Shown one piece after another: positions 1-14,967 of a stretch of DNA of 64,000 bases (positions are counted from its first letter, which is position 1; each line of letters starts with the position of its first letter). The stretch is taken from the NCBI GenBank assembly GCA_977030845.1, contig OZ365112.1, positions 20,460,001 to 20,524,000 of the forward strand, given 5' to 3'. The notes below the pieces were generated by a model, which did not search any database, was not told the origin of the DNA, and saw only the letters and a program-made list of their open reading frames with translations. The position numbers and the translations under genes were made by a program. This DNA is from Fimbriosthenelais zetlandica. Lineage: Eukaryota.

Positions 1-3000
1 AATGCATCTCATGACTGAGCCTACTGTCAATCTTAACTCTCTATTATAGACATCCGATAGAAAACCATTGATTACATAATTCTTGAACATATCACTCACC
101 AACAATCCTACCCAAATGGCACTTCGTAAGACAAATTGAAGGTATAGAAGACACAACAAGGTATATAAAGCGAGTTGGCATATTTATTCCTCCTTGCTCT
201 ATTAGTTTTTTTCTCAGGTTATATAGAATTAATGTACATCCACATCATGATTGGTCATGCAGATAACAGATGAAGGAAAATGTACAGGTGTATGAAAAGA
301 CACTAATGTCGTCCAGCCATATTACAATCACTTCAAAGTGCATCTCAATACATAATATATGCTGGACATGGTTTTAACACACGCACACACAGAGAAAACA
401 AGAAACCAAACAACACAAAAATAAACTAATGTCAGTGATGAGGATTGTATAAATAGATGGAAGAGTAATTTACAAGCTAAAAGACGAGCGTATGTCAAGG
501 CCATGTGTAGATATCCAAATGGATACGACAAGTTTAGATCCATAATCTTTTTAAAATATAATAGTTGTCAAAAATATCTATCAAAAGGGCACATTGTAAC
601 TATGGAAAGCGCTTTAGATATTAACCTAGCATAAAATTAAGTGTTTAAGAAATTAATAATGAATCTTATTCTTTATGTAGAAGATCTTTGATATACATTG
701 GTGAAAATTAAGTCAGTTGTATACATGTATATGTTATGGATGGCTAAAGAATATGTTTGTCGAAACAAAAGTTGACAGAATATTGACCTCAGACAGGCAG
801 TAAAATGGTCCTTCTGACAAAGATGAAGAACTCTTAGAGGGACGATGAAAGTATGGTGTGTGAAAACATGCTAAATGAGATGATTATTAATCACAAATAA
901 GACACTAACACACGAAATGTACAGATACACACTGCCAGGTCTCTCACTGAAACCCAACTATCGAGTTACATCCTAAATGTGAGAGAAAAGCATCATGTCA
1001 CTGCCAAACCTGCTCCCTCGCACAGCATGGACAACACGAAAAGGTCAAATTATATATGTAGCTGCTACTCTTCCTTAGGGCTCAGTCTCTGTGAAATTAT
1101 ATATTACAGAAAATTAAGACTTTTATATCAGGAAAAAAAGGTGAAAAAGAGCCTCATATACAAGCAGTTTCATGCAGATAGAACAAAAAAGTCCACATCT
1201 TTTAAAAGGAAAGTGGGGAAAATATTACAATTCATTTCTTTTATACAAATCCACTCTACATATTTACTCAACGTATTATTTATAAATTAAATATTATAAA
1301 ATAGGGCGTGAATGGTACATCACAAACGCCCTTCAGCAGCCGTCTAAACGAAGGAGAGCCTCATAGGGCGTGGTGGGGTGAATATCATGATCAGAACAAA
1401 GATTGGTGAGGGCCTAAACAATGGTTGAATATTACCAGATATTATTTGGAAGGCATTTCAAGCGATCATCAGAAACTGGTGTTTTTACAGCCATTACCGA
1501 TACACACGATGTGGTAGTTTGATTACAATGTATTACACGTTTATATGTATGACATGTTACAAAGTTCTCTCCGCCACCCCCGCCCCGCCTCCACGCCCAC
1601 TCCCAACCCCGATGCCATAGGCCGCCATACCCCCAAGGTAAGACAATGTAGAACAAAAAAAACTTTCACATCTTCATCAATTTAAGCATTACCATATTGT
1701 TCACGATTTTTAAACAGGCCATGTACCTACTCCATACAGGTGTATTTAACATAATATTCAGCCTATGGGACATAGCTCCATCTCATTTTTCTTCTATATA
1801 CAAGAAATTTACAAATTATTAGAGGCGCACTTTAGTAGCAACCATATACACATAATATATATTATACATTGGATCTCTGAGTCATATTTTCACCTATTAT
1901 TTACCCTCGTCCCAGTATCTATGGTGTCCAGTCTAACCTATACATATATACGGTATATACTTGCGGTGGAAAATGCCTTTTCCAAATGCATAATTAATAA
2001 TTGTCAAAATGTTTGTACATTATTGTATATCGTTTGCCTCAACATAATGCTGACATCTTGTCGCATACTTTAGTTTAAGAGGGGAGAAAAATCCCCAATA
2101 AAATTATTTCATATACCAACTCTTATTATCCTAACCCAATTAACGAAATGAACCTAAGATATATAACTGCTATGTGATAATTACAATGTACTTATCCGAT
2201 ATCGACATATGCCTACTTTAGAGGACTTTGTGAGGATAAAAAAAAATTAAATCCTTAAGGTCATAGTGGATTATAATGAATTTCCATTTGGGATAAATCG
2301 AAGAGGTGGTTTTGTGTCTACGGTTATACCACATCAAAAGAACAGTTTCGTATGGGAATTCATTCTAAAATGCTCATTTATATATGCACATGGCATATTT
2401 AAGCAGTGGTATTTTTAAAATGCATTCTGTGCAACATATACATGTGGTTGATAAATCCTGGCTTACTGATATATAACTGTACAACACATTCATCAGTGAA
2501 GACAATAATTAAAATAAAATAAGATGTTATCTACCAATTAGCCATCAGCAATTCGGTTAATTGAATAAAAACAATTCATCCATTCCATCACCAGAGAACA
2601 CAGTTAAATTCCATTTCATTTGACCTTATATGGTTCTTTTTTTGTTATATATAAAGTCTATGGGTTGGGAGGTGCAGCTGTGATACCTAGTTACACGGCA
2701 AAGAAAATAGTATCTCCATTGAATAATGATGGAATTTGATAAAGGGATTATAGTATATATAATACTTGCACACTACAGAAACACGTTAATATCACGTCCA
2801 TAGTTGCCATACTCATATCTGTCAAGTGATTGTTGTGGTGGGTGGTGGTGGTGTGGGGGGCGGGGGGTAGAGGTAGAGGGCAGATTCCACCTTTCTACAT
2901 CCTCTCATTATAATGAATCTTGAATTACTGGTACATAATATACTTTACAACTGTGTAGGGTTTGTACTTAGCGGTTCTACCTTACAAATCAATATGTATT

Positions 3001-3228
3001 ATATATTCAGCATTTATGGATTCAGACAATTGTAGAAGGTGGGTCCGGGTTTCTAGCATTATAAACCCTCATGATGATAAATGACAGGTTCATCCCGACT
3101 CTCTAGTAGGACTTGTAAGACATGGGGTTCTGCAGGCTTGTATTTTATGCTGTAATTCCATGAGGGTAGACTTGACCTCTAATTAAAATGATGAACCGTA
3201 GACTCGGCTGTTACCACACACCGCTCGC

Positions 3229-6200
3229 TCAAAGTGACGGATCTGAAAAAAACATTTTTTTATTAAAGGTGAATAGCGAGGCAATGGATGATGCAGTGAA
3301 ATACCAATTGTCATGGCTGTGCTTTAGTAATATATGTAGGTATGTAAATACACACCTTTAGTTCGACTAGCAGATTCGATGACCTGCACCAAGCACCTGC
3401 CAAACTCCTCTAGGATCATTCTCTCCTGTGTCAGTTCCATTTGTCTCGTCCTCTCTGCCTCCTCCGCCTGAGCTATCAGACAGGCACAGGTCGCTTCAGC
3501 CACCTCGTTAGTCACAAATGTGTAGGCAAACCTGTAACAAAGGCACAAAACCTCATACTAAATACACACAATCCTTACTTTTGAATCAATAATGAAGATA
3601 TTACTTTCAAAATAAAGTTTCAATAAGAAGGAAAAGGTAGAAAATTCCAATGTAATAATTAAGATATATTGTAAAGTATTACCTTTCTCCAGAGAGTGGA
3701 GCTGGGGGTCTTGAGGGGAGGTCTTGAATCTGTGAAGATAATTTAGCTTTAGCTGATGTTTGCTGCTGTACTCGGACCTCCGCTGCGTCAGCCAGATGCA
3801 TCAGCGTTTTCCTATCCGGGCTCTCCTCAAAGTTCTTACACCCAACACATTTACATATGTTGGTACATAAAATTTTTGCCTGAAAAAGGTAAATAAAAAT
3901 TAATAAATACATAATTCACACAATAATCACCTATTATCATTTTGTTTCCAATTCCAACCAATTTTATGTACGATAAGAATGTTCATTAATTAATATAGAA
4001 TATCTTTATTATAGAACTTACTTCGTAACATTCACAGTAATTCTTTAAACATCCCGACCGTTTACAATTACAGCCTTTTGTATGTCTCCTCTCTCCTCGG
4101 CCTTTTCCTAGAAGAAAAGACAGCAAAGTTGGGTTAGGATCAACATGTAGTTTATCATTGTGAAAATAAAAAATTCAAGAGACATCAATTTGTGTTAAAG
4201 ACATGAACAATTCTAAGTTATTTTTGTACTTGCTGAATGCCAGATAAATTTGACTCACCTATTTTTGGGTGAAATGCTAAGGGGTTCCTATCTAAGCACA
4301 CTTTGATAGCACGGGATCGTTCCTCTTCATGATCTAGATTGTTTGCACAGTTTGAACAATTACAGTTGTGGCAGAATTCGCCATTAGCGAAACAGTCACA
4401 GTAAAGCTTTAAACATTGGGACTTGGTACAGTTACATGGCTTCCTCGGTCGTTGTCCTGATGGCTCTTGTAAAAGGGAACTGCAAGAAATCAAAAAACAT
4501 ATCTATAAAACCATTACAAACATTAACCTATACTTTCAGTAACATTCTAACTATATTTTGTCAGTATTTCTACATATAATTTTAATAGAATTAATCTCTG
4601 CCTTAACACAATTAAGTGTAAATTTTCTCAAGTAATATTAAGGAATCAGTAAATGAACTTACCCATTGATATTTTGTCGAGGTTGCTCCTGTGCATTAGT
4701 ACTTGTGGCTATGGGTACGAAATTAGAAGAACTTTCTTGTCGTTGTACTGTGGTTCCTATTTGGGGTGTGGACAGCTGTTGACCAATCTGAAAACCAATT
4801 GTTGAAATTTAACTTTTCCTTTATCCTTTATCGGTTTTCAATTTAAAAATCATCAAATTTATATCAGAGCATAACAAATTATATTTCGGGTTCATTTTAT
4901 AATATTTATATGTGTTAATTAATTTAAGAGATGACTTACAGTGCCCATTTGTGTGACATATTGTGCAGGAACGAGAGCAAAGCCCTGTACACCGGGGAGG
5001 TTCTGGCCGGAGATGATGGTCGTACCGGGGGGTAGTTGTGTGAGGGTGGCACCAGTAGAACCCGCGGGGCGGATCTGTGTCAGGGTACCGCTTGATGAGT
5101 TAGGTCGTATATTGACTTGACTGGTGGCTGGCAGAATGATCCGCTGTGACTGTGCACTGGGCTGAACAGCCGGCCGTGTAATCACCTAGACAAATAGTCA
5201 AATATAAGATTTATTAAATTTTGATATAATTTAAGTATAAATGTACCTGAACTGAAATATTTTTTATATTCTAAATTTTCTAAGAAATAAAATTAACCAA
5301 TATTAACCTCCTGAGTATATGAACTTACAAATGTTTTAAATTCCAAGGTCTTATGTTTAACAGATGTTAAGAATATTTAACAAATTATTTTTTTAAAATT
5401 ACGTAGGGCCCTTTTTGAAAAAAGATCAATATATTAACATGTATATTGTCTATACCTGTGGTGCTGTTGCAGTTGCAGTAGGAACCGTTATCTTCATTTG
5501 TGTATTGGCAGTGGATACAACTGGTTTCGCTTGTAAAGTCACTGATGATATATTGGACTGCTTGGCAGAAGCTATCAGACAAAGGTAAGAGAAGTATGTA
5601 ATAAGGTTGCCCAAAATAATTTTTTAAACTTCAATTTAGCAACATGTACAGATCCAATTAGTGATCCTTTTCACCAAAATGTTTCATCAATTAATTAGAT
5701 CAGATACCAAGACACATTCATAAAGCAAATTATCTTATCACAAACATTATCTACATGTATATAGGAGTTATGTACACCAGGCGTTAAGAGTAACATTGAT
5801 ATACAGATTTTCTACCTAATCTATAGGAGATTGAGAGATATGAGTTGGATCTATTTCTGGTTACCAGCATGATTGGATCATGCCTTTATCAGAGATCTAA
5901 TCACCTTGTGTGGTTTGTGATTGGGATGTTGGTGTTGTCACAAGGCGTACGTATTGGAACTTGCTACCGGCGACTGAGACAGGTTGAATGTTAGCCACAC
6001 TAGACAGCGGGATGCCCTGCAGCTTACTGCTGGGGTTCACTTGTTGCACTAATGTCATCTTCTGACCAGCTTGATTCTGTGAAAAAAAAGATCATATTAA
6101 TTAAAATTAAACAAGGGTTGCCTGGACAATAATCAAGGATCAGTAATTAAATATTAATAAAACTTACTGTAACTGCTTGTTGTTTTAATATAACTTTAGA

Positions 6201-8692
6201 GGGTGACATTGTAATTGTAGATGGTTTAGAAGAGGTTGAGGTGGATGTAATACCACTTGGTGCACTAAAGATGGATTTTTGAACCATAGTCAATATTTGT
6301 CCCGTGGATGTAATAATCCTTTGGGGTGATTTCCCTGTGACAGGAATCATTGTTATTTTTGTGGGGCTCTTGCCCGGGGACATGGCTATTTTCTGTCCAG
6401 TAATAATTTTGGAAGGTGAACCTTGATTGACTGTTATAAATTTAGCTGGTGACTGGTGTAATCCACCGTGGGTGAGAGTAATTGTCTTAGTGGGTGATTG
6501 TATTCCAATGGGCGGTGAGGACACAGAGGATAATCCATGTGAGCCGACCATCATGATTTGTTGAGGAGCTGGGGTCGTGTTGTGGGATGATATGGGTATT
6601 GTCACCTGCTGTGTTTGACCAGGATTTTTGGCAATAATAACCTTAGTAACCACCTGGCCTTTCACAGAGTTAGAGTTTAATGTCCTTTTAGTTTGGACAT
6701 TCTGCACTTGTTGAGAAAGGGCTTCTTGGATTTGGTCTCCTTGGAGGACACTAACGACCTGAGCACCGCCCCCAGTCGTTAAGACCCCAGAACCGTCTGA
6801 TATTGAGCCCAGAAAGGCTGCCCCATCATTGGAAGTCATTGTAAGCTGGGAGTTAGCAGAGGTGGAGGTGGAAGTGGTGGTGGAGGAGGCGGGTGTCGTT
6901 ATGTTGTCTCCATCATTATTCTGGATGCGGTCCAGCTCAGCCTGGATGCTGTCTAAGGCTGCAAGGTCGGAAAGTTGTCCAGGGAAATCGGCTGCATTCA
7001 GGTTGTTGGGGTCCAAAGCAGGTGAGGGCTCGACAGTGACTTTCTTGAGTAAACTTTGGCCAGGAGCTACGGAGGCCGCTGTCGTTTCACCACTTACTAC
7101 AGTGTAAGTGATTAGGGACTCCACATCCTGGCCCCCACCTACACTCGGTTGAACGTCCACTTTTGTAGCTGTAAAAAAAGAAAATAAATCACTATCGGTA
7201 ATTAAAAACAGATCAATTATTCAGATATACTACCTCGCTGGTCCAAGTGGACCTAAACGACTAAGGAAAAAATATCTTATATATAATATAAAGGGCCTTG
7301 GAAATAAAGGATAAGAAATCTTATTTCAAATTGTGATAGATGGATAATAGAAAAGTCATGCAGCAATGAAAGTGATTAGCAACACCATGTCACAATATAT
7401 GCAACCATGCACTAAAGAATCTATGATTTAACATTGGAAAATACTGGCCACCTAGTTCAAATGACATTCTCTGCCATGAAGAATTAGGATGACCCTGTAT
7501 AATCCTAGCTCTATTTTTGTCAAAAGAGTTCGATATGATTTCAATGATAGAACCTGCCTTATAGCTAAAACCCACCTGGAAGTTGGCTAGGGGCTAGAAT
7601 TGGGTGTCTTGAATGTTCAGGAAAGCACAAACAGCGCTGCAATACAATCACACACAACATCAAACATTCACACATGACTCAAACCAAGTGCTAATCATCT
7701 CTACCCACAAATCATGCATAAAGCAGGCAGGAAAGATTAAATAAAAAGAAAAGTGGTCTGTGATAAGAGGAAGGAATTCATTATGCACCAGGATATATTG
7801 AAGATCCACAAGCGTGCAGAAAATATGAATGAACTAAAATCAATAAAATTACACAAGCTATGTTTTAAACTTTTAAACAAAATGCAAACAAAGTAATATT
7901 ATGTAAACACTGAATAAGGAAATACCTGTCACAGATATTACTTGATTATATATTAGTCTGTTCTTATTATGGAAAATAATAACTCTCTCAAAACATAGCC
8001 ATATATCAGAGATCAGATTAATTGGACTTGGCCTAACAATGTTATTGACTGTCAAGGGGAAAAGTGGGATGTGGCCCCCTTTGGTTTTGCTTCGATATGG
8101 GAAATGATTCCACAATAACACAATAATCTGACAGTCAAGATGCAGTCATAGAAAGCTAAATCGACTACCCAATAAACCAGCCAGCCCGCTTGCAAGTGTC
8201 CAGCCTCGGGAGGTATCTTCTCTGGTCATTTTCCGAGTATTGACATGGGGGCCATGGGAAAGAGAGGCTAAATCCAAGCTACAACCTATCTCAAATGACG
8301 CGCCATTATGCACCTCCAAGAACAGGGAAATTCAAACATCAAACCTCATGTGAAAATGTACTTAGGTAGAAGGTGGCGAGGGTCCGCTGGACCAATTAAA
8401 ATGACTTGAATCGTCTTGTCCCACCTAACATGGATCGGCTATGTTTGTCAGAACTAAATCTCATGTTTTTGACAATGCGATTCTCGCGCAATAACAACCT
8501 AATTTCTTGCACTTGGCAAGTCGATCTGGCTGAATCGTACCAAAACAAGGGCTATTTCTTTATTTTGGAGGGATATATTTTAACGAAACTGGAAAGATGG
8601 GTAGAAGAAACCTCTCTGGATGGAACAAAATGGGCAATCGGATAATATTTCAAGCAGATCGTAAAATACTCACCGGTTTCCGAGGTCGGCAT
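3229..8692 (-). CDS. LIN54: LIN54 / tesmin-family CRC-domain DNA-binding subunit of the MuvB/DREAM complex (11 coding exons, ~790 aa)
   Basis: Exons reconstructed with GT-AG sites and consistent phases: 8674-8692 (MPTSET), 6168-7168, 5905-6076, 5456-5571, 4940-5185, 4663-4787, 4259-4479, 4022-4107, 3683-3879, 3356-3531, 3229-3242 (DPSL*). Total 2373 nt = 790 aa + stop. Contains two CRC motifs ([24 protein letters not shown]; [24 protein letters not shown]) joined by the [10 protein letters not shown] hinge. Also has the [11 protein letters not shown] motif and the [16 protein letters not shown] and [10 protein letters not shown]-terminal motifs typical of animal LIN54. The first 19-nt exon is the least certain part. 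Confidence 0.96.
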
Positions 8693-9570
8693 TCTGTGTT
8701 TGTTCAAAATCACGCGCCCACCATTACCATCCCATAATCCGGGAGGCTCCCGAGTCCTACTCCGCGAAGCAGCTCGCGAGAGAGGCTACTATTAACCGGA
8801 CCTGGCGCTACGGGATCCGAAACGATTATTTGATGCTCTTTTGAAGTCCTGCATGGAGTTCAAAGATTATCTGTTATTACCTTTGGTACAGTGAAAAAAT
8901 AATACAATTCACGCTAAGATAAACGTTCTTCGGAAGAAAATGTACCGTAATCCTATAGTCTATTAGTATTAGTACCGGTATTGCACCAATGGGACAAATG
9001 ATTTAGCCTGCATAGCCGTCCCCCCTCAAAGCGGGAACGGGACCCGAGCGAATATTTTGTCTATGGGAAACTTAAATTTGAGTCAGGCCTAATAAAATAC
9101 ACAATTTAATTTAGCGAAGTTTAGTATGAAGTCACATACTAAAGCCTACTAAAAGATGAGAATATGCGCTAACGTAGAAAAATTTATTGCACAGTGTCAG
9201 AATTAATTGATAATATCACTTGGGCATCAGGCTCGTCTGGTAAATATTTTCGTTATATCCCGTCTGCCCAGACCGTTCAACAATCGTCCTTGATTCGTGG
9301 CACCTGGCGCCAAAGTTCGGATTTCATTGGTCGTCCCTCGGGAGACCAAATTTGGGCCAAACATACCGACGCCCACCCTCTCATAATGGATTAAGAAATA
9401 AACAACACCACCCAATAATATATGAATAGGACGTTTACGATAGAAATCGATCTTATTGCGCTTAAATGTACCGGAAATATTTAATCAGTCGCGGATTGAA
9501 ACCTTCATATTTCGCGCCAATCAGCTTGAGTGACAGTCAGGCAACCGGGATCACGGTCTCCTTGGTCAAC
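8693..9570. promoter_or_regulatory. Bidirectional CpG-rich promoter shared by LIN54 and COPS4
   Basis: 878 bp between divergent start codons, visibly richer in CpG than the flanks. E2F-type motifs: TTTGGCGCCA (9305-9314, minus), TTTCGCGC (9510-9517) and TTCCCGC (9031-9037, minus). CCAAT boxes at 8986-8990, 9326-9330 (minus) and 9517-9521. TTTGAA at 8703-8708 (minus), 8840-8845 (plus) and 8859-8864 (minus). Confidence 0.8.
8703..8718 (-). promoter_or_regulatory. CDE/CHR tandem element (GGCGCG-TGAT-TTTGAA)
   Basis: The minus strand reads GGGCGCGTGATTTTGAAC: a GC-rich CDE, a 4-nt spacer and the CHR consensus TTTGAA. It ends 10 nt upstream of the LIN54 ATG at 8692. Confidence 0.6.
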
Positions 9571-12431
<2,861 letters not shown>

Positions 12432-12533
12432 ACACAACTACCAGTAAACATGATAGTGATAATACAAGGTAGTGATTTATGAAGCAACATAGCTACACGG
12501 TTGAGATGTCCTTCTCAGTATGGCGACCGATAG

Positions 12534-12539
12534 AATAAA
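12534..12539 (+). terminator. Probable COPS4 polyadenylation signal
   Basis: First AATAAA seen after the stop codon, ~100 nt downstream, followed by T/GT-rich sequence. Confidence 0.55.
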
Positions 12540-14967
12540 TATTGTTTAAAAGATGTAAATTTGTCTCTGATGTTCATCAGTCTTAACTTAATGATCACCT
12601 CTATGGTGACTCGAAATATGATGAACTAAAAACTCCAAATCTTGTACCTTACCCAATAAATGATTCTAATATTGTATTGATTAATTAATCTTATTTCTTT
12701 CTTCCTCTCCACATTCATCTCTAAGTACTGTGTTACCTAAAGGCTCCCAATACATTTACATAGTTGGAAATAGCTGCATCCATATCCTCGAGGCATCTCA
12801 CAATATTCTTATTCTAACCTGCCAGGCAGAAGGAACATTACAACTGGAAATTCTCTCAAATGATAATGATTAAATCAGGGTATATTTATAGAGTCATTGC
12901 ATACAGGATCCCCCATGAAAGGAATAAATATTAATCTTGGTTAAATAAAATGAGAAGTTAGAGGCTGAGTGAAAATATTAGTGTAATAGGACCTTACATT
13001 AACACCAGACCTGTATTAATATCATTGAGTGACAATGTGTTAGCATCCTGGAAATGAAACTGCCGAAGGAGAGCTCAGAGGGCGCTGCTGCTCCCGGCTA
13101 GCATTATTGGAGTATGTCGACTATAGATTTCTGGCCATTGCCTCAGGCTGCTGTGAGGCAATGCAAAAACCGCAATCTACGGGGACTACTACATATCTTC
13201 CTTTTCGTCGGCGTCATTCGAGACCTATAGTGAGGCATGAGAAATAACAGGATACAGCTCGTTAAAAAGCACAATACTTTATTCTTCCATCACGGCACTA
13301 TACTCCATACATGTTTAAAAATCAGATTTACATCATTTGACATTTGGATGGGAACTGGTGCACTATTCGGTAAGATGGTCTACACATTGAAATGATATCC
13401 TATTATGTATATATACGTGGCATTATCAAGGTAATACTGTTGCACTACTAACCTTTATTTCTTTTTGATGTAATAAAAGCCCGGTCCACCCCCAAGTTAG
13501 AAAACATGCCTTACCGCTGAAAATCTCCAGGGATTAGGTCCCTTTCTGGTTGGCCGGTTGCGTCATAGACATGAATGGTCGTGGTCTCTACAGGAAAATT
13601 TGTCAAATTTCAAGATATTCTTTAAAAAATGATAATATGTGGACATTATCGTCCTCTTATGTTATTTACAGTAGTGGTAGTGTTTTTTTTTATTAGAGTT
13701 GGGTATAAATAAGGAATGCAAATATAGCGCCATTCTCACCATGGATACACTCTCATGAACAGATAATACAATGCCTGTCAACTAATCTATACCACTGATT
13801 AGTATATAACAATACATTTCAGATTTCCATACAATCATAGGTAAATACCCCAGCTGAATATAATTTTATAGGACTCTTATCTGAAAAGATGTGATCAAAA
13901 TACAATCAAGATGGTTGAAATTACTCAAGCACCGTTATTAGTCTACTGAGCTGTATAGGAACAATTAATTCTCCCTAATAAAAGGGGGGATTTCAATCAC
14001 AATTATTTACAATACACTGTGGTAATATACTGAATCCAGTTAACTGAATTTAACGTCATAGTTAAATAACTTGTGTAGTTTCATAAAAACAAGACACTAA
14101 TTTATTATGCAATTTCGCCATCTAACTGAACAGTTATAGGCAGCAAGTATAGACTTAAACAATTATTAATTATTATACATATATCCAATCAGCAGCCCAC
14201 CCTAAAATATATACAAGGTCTGAGTGGAGTATACAGCTATTGCCTATATAATAGGAATACAAATCTGGCATTATAAATACTTCTATTTGTATTGGATACA
14301 AATAATTCTTTGAGATTCTTGCCTCCAATGCATCCTCCTGGAACCCTCTAGATTCTACTAATGAATCACAAACAGCACTAAGTACTTCCAATACATGGTA
14401 AATGCATTATCATGGGAAAATAAATAAATAATTACACTCAGCATTCAGATCAAACAGCAAATATCCACACGACCTTTTCCTGCAACATCAGCATTGCAGT
14501 TAATTTATGTGAAAAGTAATTCCTATCTCATCAGATGTTGAGATGCGGTATTCAATATCAGATGTTTCTCAAAATTCAATATTAATTATTCTCCATTTTC
14601 GAGTTATGACAACTGAAGCTTTGCTGAGTCTTTTATGTCACGAAATCAAAACAGGTTCATGTTATGGAATACTAATGGATTTTCCCCCAAAAAAACGAAG
14701 GCAAAAAAAGCAAAAATGTACACATCATTTTGACGCATTATCTTCCTTTCCGCTACATATAGAGTAGCAACAGATACTCTAAAATTGCAAACAGCTCAGA
14801 AAAAGATGCATATCCAAGTGATCGGCGAGATATATGCACCAGGTCGATGAGAAATCACATGTGATCGAGGCTTTTATGCATCACTTGCTGCAGAAGAATA
14901 ACAATCAATTGATGCAGCTTTCCTTCCTACAGCCTTGACAAGTGTCATCTTCCCAGAGAAATAGTTT

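Noticed and set aside
6829-7107. 92-aa plus-strand ORF
   Set aside because: Antisense shadow of the low-complexity S/T-rich LIN54 exon 2; no independent coding evidence.
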